NCBI GenBank assembly: GCA_951406725.2
Contig: OX597817.1
Span: 150,040,001 to 150,104,000, forward strand
Source: Octopus vulgaris
Lineage: Eukaryota
Length of the DNA: 64,000 nt
Direction of reading: 5' to 3'
Position numbers and translations under genes: made by a program. A model generated the notes under the pieces. That model saw only the letters and a program-made list of their open reading frames with translations, ran no database searches and was not told where the DNA came from. Numbering within the stretch: position 1 is the stretch's first letter; every line of letters starts with the position of its first letter. Below are positions 1 through 13,181 of this stretch, piece after piece.

Positions 1-744
1 CAAGAGATCAGATAGATTAAATTAATGTTACTCCTTGAACTACAGTTTTCAGCTGCCTGTTGCATGGATAATTTAGATATTAATTAATGTAATATTTATC
101 CCCACTTAAAAGTAGATGTTGTGTTAGAACACAGGATACTGTGATAGTTACCACGAGAGAACTTCTCATCTGGACTTGTAGTGCATATAGGCATTCCTGT
201 TTATATCACTAGCAGGAGATAATCCTCTACCATCAGTGCTAGGATTATGAGATCGTGTGATTTCATCTTTGTCAGTGGTAAATGCCTGAAAGCTAGAGAC
301 AATAGTGATTTCTCCATTAGTAATATATCAGTGCTTCATCAGGCACTGGTGTCACAGATAGCCAGTGGGCTTATTATAAGACAATGTATTTGTTCTAGTT
401 CTCTGTGCTCCAAGTTCAAATCACAAAGAAGTCGTCTTTGTCTTTCATAAAATAAAGTAAGGGTAGAGAGCAGTGACTGGGCAGAACTGTCAGAGCATGA
501 GATAGGAATGCCTTGCAGCAGCTGTTCTACCACTTTACATTCTGAGATTTTGGGCAGCAGACTTAATCTTAACATGACCACTTGATCCCTCGGTGTCTTT
601 AGTGGAGTTCAATCAGTCATTAACATTCAAATCATGTCTCAAGTTTGAGGATATCTTCCTCCCATCTTCTAATCAGTATCATCATCATCATTACCTTCAC
701 CAACCTCTGGAAATCATAGTCTCAAGTCATAGCATTCATCAAGC

Positions 745-970
745 CAGTTATCTGGTTTCCATGGTGTATAAGTGACCAAGATCGCAACATTCCCCCCTGA
801 ACAGGATGCCAATCTGGTGCATGGTTACTTATTTACAGCTAAGTGAACTGGAGCAATGTGTAAGGAAAGATTTTGCTCAAGAACACTCCACACTGCCAAG
901 TCCAGGAATCGAAACCAGTATCTTGCGATTGAGAGTGTAACATTTTATCCACTATGCCACACATCTTCAC
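745..970 (-). mobile_element. degenerate tRNA-derived SINE (family with ttgagcaagacacttt-type central domain)
   Basis: Matches copies at 8385-8712, 23902-24212 and 48941-49262; reverse-complemented B-box-like ggaatcgaaacc near 905. Confidence 0.7.
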
Positions 971-2965
971 CAAATGAGTTTCAGGAACCCTGAAAAAAAT
1001 TAAGGATCCTGAGTGCTAGCCTTCTTTCTTTGGTTAAAAGGTCAAAAAAAAATATATATATTCCAGAGTAGTCATCCTTTTTCCTTGATCAGATTTGAAT
1101 AACATTTGTCACTAAGGCAAATGTAATTTAATTTTAATTAACTGAAGTTGATTGATTCGGTACCACTTTTCTTGTACCTTGAGACTAGGCCCTGACACTT
1201 TGCCATCATCTTTAACTTCTTTGTATCTATTCCCATCGACTCTTATATAATGTGGAGTAGCCATGTATCTCTTCTATAAGAACTCTGTGTCTGTCCCTCT
1301 ATCACACTACAACCTCTTGACACCAAGCAGAATAATACCTCCTTCTCTACTACAACCCCTCTCAGTCAAGAAGGGGTTCTTTTTGTTTTCTTTTCTAGCA
1401 GATTACTCGATGACCTCACTAGTGCTACTGTTACAAAAAGCGCTCTCACTGCTCTCTTTATAAAGGGCTGGCATTAAGAAGGACATCATGCTATAGAAAC
1501 CATGCCAAAGCAGGCATCGCTGCTCAGCATAGACCCTCAACTTGTTGGATCCTGTCAAACCATCCAACCTATATTAGCATGGAAAACGGGTTAAATGATG
1601 ATGATGAGGGGGGTGAGGGGGAGGAGGAGGATAAATAAGGACTTACTCAACTAGTATATAAAATATCAACCTTTTGGTTGGAGAGAGTTGAACTTGCATT
1701 TCGTTACAAAATGGCCCATTCTGAAAAAGTTTCTAATCACTCCTTTCAATCATATTTAAATATAGTGTTCCAGAAAGCAGTAACTACATGACTAGACTGT
1801 CACATTACACCACAACACTCCACATAATGAACTACTAAATGTACTAAACTAGACTGAAGCATGGCATGTGCCTATGCCATAGATTTGTTCAAACGTGACT
1901 GGCTATTCAACAAGACTCTTCTCTCAGTTACCTGGCAACTGAACAAGTGAGAAAATAAAGAGAACAATTTGATGGTGGAGAACCAAACTAGGAGAGAATT
2001 CACAAGTAATTTGATGGGTTTCCATCACTGAGATTGAATCCTCTCACACAACAATCAATAAATTAATATGTGGCACATAGACAAGAAAATAGTTATTGCC
2101 AACTTTCATTGTGGTTATTGCCAAAATATTAGGGAAAAAGTAATACAAACAATATAAAATAGAAACAGATAATTACAGCTAAGTTATATAATTTAATATA
2201 AACATTAACCTTTAATTAATTGGGAAAAACTTTTCTCTGCTCTAATAACTTTTTTTTTTAATTAGTTATTTTCTGGCAGATGATATTTCTAATGTTGATA
2301 AAAGAGTTTGGAATTTTAAGCAAACTAAAGATTTAATTAATTATGATTGGGAAAAGAACCAAAAAGAGGATTCTGTCATGTTAGGCATTTGGAAGCAGGT
2401 TGAGGAAACTGAACCAAACTCAGTCAATATGAAGAATGTAGGAAGAAAAGGATGAAAAGAGTACATGTGTGAAGTAGACAGTGAGCAAGATCAGCTCCTG
2501 GTAACCCAACTGACTTAGAACTGAGCTAGAAATACACCTGCATGTATGAAATGTAGCTATCAATTCTGTAAGTGTCTCATATATTTCTTACTAACATACA
2601 GCTATCATGTAAACAATAGTGGTTGTGTTTGGATGGAGACAGAAACAGTATAGGGTAGAGCTGGGATAAATAAGAATAATAAAGCTAACAGAAAACAGTA
2701 ATGAATACTAACAGTAATTGTTTTTAACACAGGCACAAAGTCAGAAATCTCCGGGGATAGGTGTAGTCAATTAAATCAACTCCAGTACTTGACTGGTATT
2801 CTGTTTTATCAAATGCAGAAGGATGAATGATAAAGTTCAAGTCAAACCTTACTCGGATTTAGACTTAGAAAAAAAACAAAAAAAAAAAGAAACAGAAGAA
2901 ATATTACAAGGTATTTTGCTCAATGCTCTAATGGTTCTGCCAATCCACTGCCCTAAAGAGCATTA

Positions 2966-3344
2966 ATGGTGCAAAGAGCACCATCTGAGTGTGATCGTTG
3001 CCAGAGCAGCTAACTGGCTTCCATGCCGGTGGCACATAAAAGGCACCATTCATGTGTGATTGTTACCAGCATCGCCTTACTGTCACCTGTGCCAGTGACA
3101 TGTGTAAAAACATTCGAGCGAGGTCATTGCCAGTACTGCCTGACTGGCCCCGTTCCGGTGGCACCCACTACACTCTCGGAGTGGTTGGCATTAGGAAGGG
3201 CATCCAGCTGTAGAAACTCTGCCAGATCAAGACTGAAGCCTGGTGCAGTCATCTGGTTCGCGAGCCCTCAGTCAAACTATCCAACCCATGCTAGCATGGA
3301 AAGCGGACGTTAAACGATAATGATGATGATGATGATGATGATGA
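2966..3344 (+). mobile_element. 5'-truncated RTE-LINE 3' UTR ending in (GAT)n
   Basis: Same sequence as the 3' UTR that follows the RT ORF remnant at 60297-61165 (gagtggttggcattaggaagggcatccagctgtagaaa...acgttaaacgatgatg). Confidence 0.85.
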
Positions 3345-4040
3345 TAGACACAAGGTTTGAAATTTGGGAGGAAAGAAGTTAAGTCAATTAAATCAACCCC
3401 CGGGACTTGAACTTGATTGGTACCTCATTTTATCAATCCTGGAAGGATGAAAGGCAAAGTTGACCTTCCTCTAATGTTCTGTCACTGCCTTTATATAACA
3501 ATAATATAAATAATAATCTTTCTACACACAAGGCCTGAAATTTGGGGGTAGGGAAGTAAGCGATGACATCGACCCCAGTACTCAAGTGGTATTTATTTTA
3601 TTGATCTTGAAAGGTTGAAAGGCAAAAAGCAATCTCAGCAGTATTTGAACTCATAAGTAAAGAGCAGGAAGAAATATTACAAACATTTTAATGATTCTGC
3701 CAACTAGCTGTCCATATATAATGATAATCCTTTCTACTATAGGCACAAGGCCTGAAATTTTAGGGTACTTTACTGGTACTTATTTTATCGACCCTGAAAG
3801 GATGAATGGCAAAGTCAACCTCAGCTGCATTTGAACTCAGAATGTAAATAAAGAAATACTGCTAAGCATTTTGCCTGTTGTGCTAATGATGCTGTCAGCT
3901 CAGTGTCCATATATAATGATAATAATAATTCTTTCTGTTATAAGCAGAAGGCCCGAAATAAAAAGTGGGGTGAGGGCTAGTCAATTACAACAACCCCTGT
4001 GCTCAACTGATGCGATTCAAAATTTAAAGCCAGAAGAAAT
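3345..4040 (-). mobile_element. cluster of about four degenerate SINE fragments (Meta-like central domain family)
   Basis: Repeated cacaaggcctgaaattt...aaaggatgaaaggcaaagtc...ttgaactca blocks matching the copies at 23622 and 51168. Confidence 0.7.
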
Positions 4041-4299
4041 GCTAGAAAAGATCCTATAAGGTCCAATTTATTTATTTTTTTTGCACATGCTGTGTCCACT
4101 ACAACAACAACAAATGCTGTATGCTAACAGCAATAACAACTACATATGACAAAACATCAACTTGTAAAGCAGTTGTAAAAAAACAGCTGTAATTGTTATG
4201 CCCAACAATCAAAGAGGAATTCAAGGAAGAAATTCTTGCGGAAAGCAATATCTAAGTAAAACATACCAATAAATCAATCACTCAATCAAATTGGTGTGT

Positions 4300-4550
4300 A
4301 TCATCATCATATCACATTCTGTTGGGTTTTCTCTGTTGATATAGGTTGGGTGAGCTTTCAATATATCTTCTTATTCATCCCAACCAACCATCATCTCATC
4401 TGAGATGCCCAAAATTCTTAGATTTGATTTCTCAGACTTCAAAGCTTTCTTTGGTTCACCTCCGCCATAGGTACCATCAAGTTCTGCAAGTGCCATAATG
4501 CCATCTATGCTTACAGTACTATAACACCATCTGCATTTAACTCATTATAC
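4300..4550 (-). mobile_element. highly decayed RTE ORF 3' end
   Basis: Minus strand reads roughly ELDGTYGGG.PKK...LRILGISDEM, resembling the RTE C-terminus seen at 60580-60690. Confidence 0.4.
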
Positions 4551-5022
4551 ACTCAGTCTAAATCTTCAAACCATCCATATTGAATGGCCATTTGTTTTTC
4601 CATTTGTATAACTAATATATATTTGAGCCAATGAGGAAGCCTGTATATAGTCAATCGATCTGCTAGAAATAGCAGCAAAACAACCCACAAATTGTACTCT
4701 TCCAACTTGAAAAGAGAGGGACACAATAATAGTGTAGTTCTCAACTGTGTCCTGAAAATTCACCATAAGAAATTTCGCTGCATAGGAAAATTCACATAAG
4801 CCAAATTTTCCGAATGGACAATGATATAGTGAATTATATCAGAATTTATTTTAATGAAAAATATAATTAATGATAAAAGGTTTTATAAAAGCATTAAATA
4901 AGTCTTTGTTCAACGTCAAACATTAAAAATACATGATGAAATCATTTGAAACTAAATTCCTTATAGCAAATTTTCCTACAGTAAAAATGTTCAGTTAAAT
5001 TTCCTACAACTGTCCTCAATAA

Positions 5023-5420
5023 ATATTCTTTTCTACTCTAGGCACAAGGCACGAAATTTTGAGGGAGGGGGCTAGTTGATTAGATTGAACCCAGTATGTA
5101 ACTGGTATGTAATTCATCAACCCCGAAAGGATGAAAGCAAAGTCAACCTCGGCAGAATTTAAACTCAGAACGTAAAGACAGACAAAATACCTATTTCTTT
5201 ACTACCCACAAGGGGCTAAACACTGAGAGGACAAACAAGGACAGACAAACGGATTAAGTCGATTATATTGACCCCAATGCGTAACTGGTACTTATTTAAT
5301 CAACCCCGAAAGGATGAAAGGCAAAGTCGACCTCGGCGGAATTTGAACTTACAATGTGACAGCAGACGAAATACTAAGCATTTCGCCCAACGTGCTAACA
5401 TTTCTGCCAGCTCATGGCCT
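5023..5420 (-). mobile_element. two nested tRNA-derived SINEs (Meta-like domain)
   Basis: Two consecutive aaccccgaaaggatgaaa(g)gcaaagtc.acctcggc.gaattt blocks; inner copy starts at 5190 with tatttctttactacccacaaggggc. Confidence 0.85.
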
Positions 5421-5586
5421 TGTCCTCAATAAATATTGCCTGAGAAAAGGATGGGCTGGTTATGGCTAAATCACTTTTGATCTGTATGATTGAGGCCAAA
5501 CCAGGAGAACAAAAATAACAAATGCAACTAATAAATTGATGTTTTAAAAATTCATGTGCTGAAAAAATAACAGATACGCAAATATA

Positions 5587-5870
5587 CAGTGACCATAAAG
5601 TCTGGATGCATAAGTGGAAATGCCTATGTTCAATAATTTTATTCAACTACATCAATGAATAGCATTTTCAACATGGTTACCACCATTAGTGATGTAGATT
5701 TTGATGCATTTTGTGAGATTCACATAAACCCGACGCAGTAACTCCACGTCTGTCAATTTGACCTCCTCTTTCAGTACACCCCAGAAAAAGAGGCCAAGGG
5801 GACTGATATCTGGTTGGTGAGTGAGGAACCCATTCCACAAGAATATTAGTGCTATTTCCCATGTACCCAA
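5587..5870 (-). mobile_element. Tc1/mariner-superfamily transposase C-terminal remnant with right TIR
   Basis: Frameshifted WVPHSP/PDISPLGLFFWGVLKEEV...IKIYITNGGNHVE resembles the WPPxSPDLxPxDFFxWG motif; TA|CAGTG terminus at 5587. Confidence 0.8.
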
Positions 5871-5880
5871 ACTTTATAGT

Positions 5881-6050
5881 CACCATCATTATCATTTAAC
5901 ATCCGTTCTCCGCGTTGGCATGGGCTGGATGGTTCGATAGGAGCTGGCTAGCCGGGGAGCTGCCCAGGCTCCAGTTATCTGTTTTGGTATGGTTTCTACT
6001 GCTGAATGCCCTTCCTAAAACCAACCACTTTACAGAGTGCACTGGATGCT
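5881..6050 (-). mobile_element. RTE 3' tail fragment
   Basis: (CAT)n then ttaacatccg...ggcatggg...gcccttcctaa, reverse complement of the RTE 3' UTR. Confidence 0.75.
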
Positions 6051-6142
6051 TAGGATCTCTCAGCTGAGAGAGGGATGTAGAGGACTTGCCTGTATGAATG
6101 GACGGCCATAATTTTACTTAGCATGTATGTGTGTGTGTGTAT

Positions 6143-6203
<61 letters not shown>

Positions 6204-6324
6204 AAAAAAACTCTTGCTGACTTGCAACAAACCACCCCTCTTAACTCAATCCCCTGCTCAATTTGCTTCATGAAAAAGATTTTTTTCGCACCAGATGTGT
6301 TTATTCACCATATTTCATTTCATA

Positions 6325-6420
6325 ACAGCTACCTCTGATGAGTACAAGGTTACATAATCAGACTGTTACTTAATACCCTGTTGAATCCTTAGTGTGAAAC
6401 CGATTGTTAAGATCAGCTGT
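6325..6420 (+). ncRNA. degenerate type I hammerhead ribozyme in a Penelope-like pLTR remnant
   Basis: acagctacct CTGATGA gtacaagg...ccttagtgt GAAA ccgattgt TA agatcagctgt: stems I-III recognisable with mismatches; element lies between TA-rich microsatellites. Confidence 0.6.
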
Positions 6421-8384
6421 AATGGATATATAATACTGTACACTTTGATTGATATGTATGCATGTATATATACACACACACACACACTTGTGTGTGTGTG
6501 TATTGGGCTTACTTCAGTTTCCCTCAACCAAAATTCACTCACAGTTTCAACCTTAAAACCAAACCCTTTCATTTCATTCAATGGAGCTGAGATGAAAAAA
6601 AGCCTCTCACCAGAAAACAACTCCACTCTGCTAAATTATGAATGAGATTAAGAGTAGAATTGAATACAAAACTAAAATTAGAGGAAGCACTACAATTATA
6701 AAGCGTCCTGTGTCAACAAGAGTCAATATAATAAAAACTGAAGTGAAAGAAATAGGTTTTGATAATGCATTATAACGAGAGGAAATATAATTTATTTTCT
6801 TTTCTGTTACTTTATAATGGCTTGTGACACAGAAGATGGCCTGGAAATGCAATGCACAAAGAAATATGTAAATTCGTTTAGCAAGCAATCAAAATTGTTA
6901 ACTAGTTTAATTGACATTATAATTTCTCAAACCACAAAAGCTCTGTTGCTTTCACCTCATTACAAAAACCAAAATAAAGAAAAAGAAGAAAAATTTTAAT
7001 AAACCAGTCATAGCTGGCTGGATCAATTGAATATTAGCCTACTAATGAAAATACTGGCCTACTAGCTTGACGAGTCAATAGTTCCTTTCCTAACCCCTAG
7101 TAATGATTCGTTTGTCTTAATAAGTACCAAAGAAAAGTACAGTTCAATACTAAACAGCTGGGTGATTGCATAAGCTTGCATGCAGCCTCATGACAGCTTC
7201 AATTCTCTCATGAACACAAAGAAAAGCTGGAAACTATTCTAATATATGATAGATATCTCCCCACCACCTCCCTATCTATCTATCAATTAGAGACAAACAC
7301 TTTCCTCTATTAGAGACAAACACTTTCCTCTCTGGTCAATCTCTCATCAACTTCTTCAAGTATCACTTGAAAAGGAAAGTGAGAGTAGAGAGGCAAGTTT
7401 TGTCTAGCGACAAAAAAAGATGGGTGAATGTAGCAAGGATGGCACGTATGAATGATGAAGCCACCTTGAGCATAATCCAATAAACCTGGAAAAATTTAAA
7501 ACACAGTTACTTGCAAATAAATGTGTTAACATGTGACATTATTGACCGAGGTTACCGTGGTCTTTTCCGCAGGCTTTTCTTTCCACAGATAAACCTTATC
7601 TGCTGCCCCCTTTACACTTTACATCATGACATTTCTATGATACACGATCCCTATTGATCGTTTTTTTCCCTCTTTTTACGATTCCTTTTGATCGAAAACC
7701 TACCTCCCTTTTTATTTTTTATTTTTATTTTATTTTTTTTTCTCCCCCAAAAGAAAAGATCTGCTTTGTAATTTGTCCCCTCTATGTTCAGCCCAGTGTG
7801 GTTAATAAAGAAACATATCTATCTCTATCTCTCTGAAAGTTACCAACACTAAATCACACAGATGAATATGATTCATTAGTAAAAATTGAACTAATTGATA
7901 TTTACTATATTTGAGGCATTTAGTAACAGAGTATTGTAAGCACCAACCTGGCCATTTTCGAGATTAGGATATCATTTTCTTTGTCTCGATGACTAGAATC
8001 CAAAAAAGTTGGGAGGAAGAACTGGTGAGGCTTGCAATAAGATCGAAAATTCGGCTGTAAAAATTGTACCTCAACGCTTTTGACACAACGCTTGCTCACC
8101 CAAACTCGGACCAGAGAGTTTAGTAACACACCATCGTAAGCACACAAACTCAATCAATAACTTTGGTGTGGTCCCTGTATCGCTTTTCGAAGATTTATGG
8201 CTCATTTTCTAAATTCCTTGTTACCATTGTAATAATAATGGGCTATTATCTTATCTTGTCTTACTTATCTCTTAAAGATACTTACCTTGTTATATTAAAA
8301 CATAAACAATACCTTTGCAGGGGTCTCTAAGGTATTATGGCTAAAATATGCAATGCGATACACCATTTCGTAGTACCAGTTGCT

Positions 8385-8712
8385 GAGACCCTCTTCAGTC
8401 ATGGCTGACCGTGGGATTGCACCTAGAAAGTTACCCTCCCAGGCACAAGTCCAGGCAAGGTTGTTTATGGATGACCAGCAGTCACCCATGCATACCGGCT
8501 TCCCATCTCCACACCACCAGTGTTATCCAAAGGAAAGGCAAAGGGGCCAATACAGCTTGGCACCTGTGACTCATTTCTACAGCTGAGTGAACTGGAGCAA
8601 CATGAAATAAAGTGTCTTGCTCAAGAACACAATACGCAGCCCAGTCCGGGATTCGAACTCACAACCTCACGATTGTAAGCTCGATGCTCTAACCACTGAG
8701 CCATGCACCTCA
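8385..8712 (-). mobile_element. tRNA-derived SINE, near full length
   Basis: Minus-strand head ggctcagtggttagagc...gagttcgaatccc (A and B boxes); homologous to 23902-24212 and 48941-49262. Confidence 0.9.
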
Positions 8713-10421
8713 CATAGTACCAGTATGTTCCATAAAATGAGAAAAACACAGTCATTGTTTCATCTTTCAGATGCATACATAAATAAATTATTTTACATAG
8801 GTGGAATGACTAGAGGGGGTCTTCACGGTCATTTTAAGACCAAAACCAGCTTCCTAATTTCATGCCTTGCCAAGATATCGCATTCTGAAAGTCACGAGAC
8901 TTTGACTTTGATTTTCTCAGTTTTTAAGTTGTGGCACTTACAACAGTCTGTTACTAAATGCCTCATTTGTAAGGGGTCTTTTATCTTTTACTTGTTTTTA
9001 GTTGTTAAACTGCAGCTATGCTGGGGCACCATTTTGAAGAGTTAAGCTGAGCAAATCAACACCAGTTGTCAAGCAATGTGTAGTGGTGGGGGGAACACAA
9101 GCAGATACATACCCACATGCATATGTAAACATACACACAAACAAAGGGCACCCATCTAGCAAATTCACTCACAAGGCATTGGTCATCTTTGGGTAAAAGA
9201 AAAAGACACTAGCTCAAGATGCCAGCAGTGAGATTGAACCAGAAACCACATAGTCCTAAAGCGAGCTTCTTAACCACACAGCCATGAATAGATTCTTTTA
9301 TTTTGTCCCTGCTTTTTTACTAGATATATGTATTTGATTTAAAGAAAGGTGGAAATGAACTATTGTGTCGTTCTTGTCTTTCCCAAGTGTAGCAAAATAA
9401 CTTTGCTGCATTTGGCTTGCCAGACAAAAATAAAATAGCACAATCGAGAGAGAAAAGAAAGAGCAAGTAATTTATAATTAAAGTACAGAAATAGTAGATT
9501 GTAGTCAACTGATAACAGATGCCAGAAATTACTGCTCTGAGTCAACAGAACAAGAACTGTGTGAAAATATAGGTGTTAGTACACAGAGGTAGCCAACTCA
9601 ACATTGACACTTATTACACTCATATAGCAACAAAACTGGACTTACTCAATCAGGCTAGCAAACAAAAATCAATAAAATGGATCAAAATCAGTTTACAAGC
9701 ATCTCCATTGAAAATGATTGTATTCCTCTCTCTCTCTCAATATAGGTCATTTCTAAAAAAGCAATAAGAATATAAAAGCATTTATGATAACAAAAAGGAA
9801 ATCAGAAATTTAATAACCAAAATGTATCTAGTTTAGTGTTCGACAAATTTCTGCCCAGCTCCATCCTTCTTAGAAATTTAATATCAAAGTATAGTAATTT
9901 AATTTCACATATGCAGAACAGAAACTTGTGCTACTTTTGTTTTATCTAAACTATTTTGTTTATATCAACTCCTTTGAGGAATAGCGGCTTAAAAGAAACA
10001 GAGAAAAAAAAAACAAACAAAATATATGTATATAAAATCACGCAAAAAAAAAAGAGTACTTTAGCAACACCAAGGGGCGAAGGTAGAAGACAGATAACGA
10101 GAGTTAAGCTGATGGCTGAGAAAGATGGAGAAAGAGGGTCATGGCTTTTTCTATACACCTATGACCTCCCTGGGGTATGGATGAGTGATTGATGCATGCA
10201 CTCTAGTTAACTATCTCAAAACTTCGCTGCTCAATATCATAAGTCTCACAACGTATCTCGTTATTGGAATTTATGAAGCAGAATCTTCTCCATAAAGTCG
10301 AATGTAAACTGGAAATGAATATCTCAAAAATGATGAAGCTTCCAACACCTGTAGAATTAATCCTATAATCACATATATAAATATATAAATATATATACAC
10401 ACACATAGATATATACATTAT

Positions 10422-11100
10422 ATGGCTGTGTGGTTAAGAAGCTTGCTTTTCAATCATGTGGTCTCAGGTGCAGTCCTACTGCATGATACTTTGGGCAAGT
10501 ATCTTCTATTATAGCCCTGGGCTGACCAAAGTCTTGTGAAGGTATTTGGTAGACAGAAGCTGAAAGATGCCCATCTTTCAGTTGGCGAGCTGGCAGAAAC
10601 GTTAGCACTCTGGGCAAAATGCTTAGCGGTATTTTGTCTGTCTTTATGTTCTAAGTTCAAATTCCGCCGAGGTTGACTTTGCCTTTCATCCTTTCAGGGC
10701 CGATAAATTAAGTACAAGTTATGCACTGGGGGTGATGTAATCGACTTAATCCGTTTGCCTGTCTTTGTTTGTCCCCTCTATGTTTAGCCCCTTGTGGGCA
10801 ATAAAGAAATAAGAAGCTGAAAGATGCCCATTATCTATGTGTGTGTGTGTACATTTACTCCTGTCTTGGCATCATATGATGATTGCAAATTAGCATCACC
10901 ATCATATAAGTGATTTTATTCATTTCCAGTCTTCCATGAAAACATGTCTGGTCTGGCTATGGGGAAATATTACTTCACTTGGAAACAGGTGTGGGTTGGT
11001 AACAAGAAGGGCACCTCTACAAATTCCATCTAACCCATGCAAGCATAGAAAAGTGGATGTCAAATAATAATTATGACAATGATGATGACAACAACGATGA
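10422..11100 (+). mobile_element. tRNA-derived SINE with a second-family SINE nested at about 10583-10812
   Basis: Head ggctgtgtggttaagaagcttgct; agaagctgaaagatgcccat duplicated either side of the nested copy (about 10555 and 10812). Confidence 0.85.
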
Positions 11101-11164
11101 CAGATAGATATAGATAGGTTTGGTAATGCAAACAAGGTAACTAGAATTCAAAACATGAGTAATA

Positions 11165-11515
11165 GACGCAGGAGTGGTTGTGTGGTAAGTAGCTTGCTTA
11201 CCAACCACATGGTTCTGGGTTCAGTCCGGGTTGGAACTGCGTGGCACCTTGGGCAAGTGTCTTCTACTATATCCCTTGTGAGTGGATTTTGTGGACAGAA
11301 ACTGATAGAAGCCCGTTGTATAAATGTATATGTTTGTCCCCCCCCCCCCAATGGTGTTGTGTTTATGTCCCCGTAACTTAGCAGTTCAGCAAAAGAGACT
11401 GATAGAATAAATACTAGGCTTACAAAGAATAAGTTCTGGGGTCGATTTGCTCGACTAAGGGCGGTGCTCCAGTATGGCAGCAGTCAAATGACTGAAGCAA
11501 GTAAAAGAGAGTAAA
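11165..11515 (+). mobile_element. tRNA-derived SINE (most abundant family in the window)
   Basis: gcaggagtggttgtgtggtaagtagcttgcttaccaaccacatggttctgggttcagtcc...actgaagcaagtaaaagag; more than 15 related copies in the window. Confidence 0.9.
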
Positions 11516-11522
11516 AAAGTTT

Positions 11523-11572
<50 letters not shown>

Positions 11573-11722
11573 AAATCAGACTGGAATCTGGTGCAGCTCC
11601 CCAGCTTGCCAGTTCTGATCAAACTATTCCACCCATGCCAGCATGAACAATGGACATGTTTCTATGTTTCATTCTAATAAAAACACTTTTACATTAATCT
11701 GAGGGTTACTTTATTCTTTTGA

Positions 11723-11764
11723 ATACAGTGACTTTGAAGCTTCGGCCAGTTAAGCCATCATAAG
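11723..11764 (-). ncRNA. truncated, degenerate hammerhead motif
   Basis: Minus strand: cTTATGA tggc ttaactg gcc GAAG cttcaaag TC actgtat...aataaag; two core substitutions and the 5' strand of stem I is replaced by an 11-bp hairpin (11764-11793). Confidence 0.4.
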
Positions 11765-11960
11765 TTATGCTGCCGTATATAAGGCAGCATAACCCCATTT
11801 ACATTTGATTCTTTGTATTTTTTTTTTTTTTATCAACTATTTCCTGACCACAAGTATCCTTACTTCACCAATGTGTGTGAGCTGCTAGCAACACACCATA
11901 GTAAAACCACCATCTAACATGGAATGAAATGTAAATGCTATAACTTTTGAAGCATATTAC

Positions 11961-12066
11961 ATCACCTGATGAGGCTCTCTGCACTGCACAATGCATCTGA
12001 TGTCATTACATCATTTCCCACCCACTAAGGAGCAGTGTTCAAGAGAGCTGAAACAATTGTTGTGCT
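11961..12066 (+). ncRNA. type I hammerhead ribozyme (minimal palindromic stem III) in a Penelope-like pLTR remnant
   Basis: atcac CTGATGA ggctctct gcactgc...gcagtgt..agagagct GAAA caattg TT gtgct, followed by AATAAA and a (TA)n tract at 12112. Confidence 0.8.
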
Positions 12067-12107
12067 AAATAAAGTTTCTAGTTACACTCTGTCTTCTGTA
12101 TCAATCA

Positions 12108-12152
<45 letters not shown>

Positions 12153-12372
12153 TATATTTATGGTTGGGGCCAGCACAACCAAATACCTAGAGTACCGGCT
12201 GATGCCGTGATGGAGAGGATAAAGTGAATTAACAGTAGTGAAAGACAACAAATGGTGGATCATGGGAAGATAAAGTTTTGCAGCTCACTTCCCACATATA
12301 GCTGGAGTTTACAGGATGATAATATTAGCAATTATAAAATCGATCGACCCATTATAGAAGACATATCTTCCC

Positions 12373-12503
12373 CTATATAACAGGCTTTAGAAGCTGTGAT
12401 CTTTGTATCTCAGAGAAGTATTACAGCTTTTAGCGTTTTTGTGAGTAAAAGATTGGAATGGTAAATTCCTGCAGACATTTCCATTAATATTTATTGTGAA
12501 ATT
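12373..12503 (+). repeat. 131-bp segment duplicated at 13649-13779
   Basis: Direct copy with two substitutions seen. Confidence 0.9.
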
Positions 12504-13181
12504 TCTAACTATCAATTAGCTAAAATAGTTTATTTTGCATGTGAATAGATGAAGATATCATTTTCAGGTACAAGCATGACTATACAGTCATGCTTGTCTC
12601 TCATCTATGTGATCTTGGGGTCAGTCCTTCTGTAACAGCACCTTCGGTAAGTGTCTCCTACTTTAGCCCTGGGCTGACCAAGGCCTTGCAGATGGATTTC
12701 ATAGAAAAAAAAACTGAAATAAGTCCATTGTATGTATGTGTATGTGTGTGAGAGAAAGTTTCTATCTCCTGGTCTTGACATTGCGTGATAGTTGTAAACG
12801 AGTGCCACTGTTATGCATGCAGTGTCATTCATTTCGAATATCCTGCATTAACATGTCTGGATATCACCTTGCTTGGAAACGGGTGAGGGTTGGCAAAAGC
12901 AAGGACATCTGGCCATAAAAAAATCTGCTTCAATAAACTCCATCTGACCCATGAAACCATGGGAAAGCAGACATTAAAACAACAATGATGATATACCTGA
13001 AATAAAATACCAAAGTTTTATAAATGTGGATTTTAACATAAATGATACTGAATCAAAATGTTAGAGATCAAGTGTTTCCTCTGTTGTGTATAACACTAAT
13101 TTGTATAAAATTACTCTAAATGATTGTTTCTGTCACTTCAACTAGACTACAGAATTTAACCTTTCATTTTATAAATTTTAA

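Noticed and set aside
300-350. CTGATGA...GAAA on the minus strand
   Set aside because: No stem I or III pairing; the motif sits in the loop of a small cagtgc/gcactg hairpin.
7287-7332. 23-bp perfect tandem duplication
   Set aside because: Ordinary slippage-type duplication with no further structure.
8640-8712. tRNA genes at SINE heads
   Set aside because: A and B boxes are present but they continue into SINE bodies and lack a complete cloverleaf.
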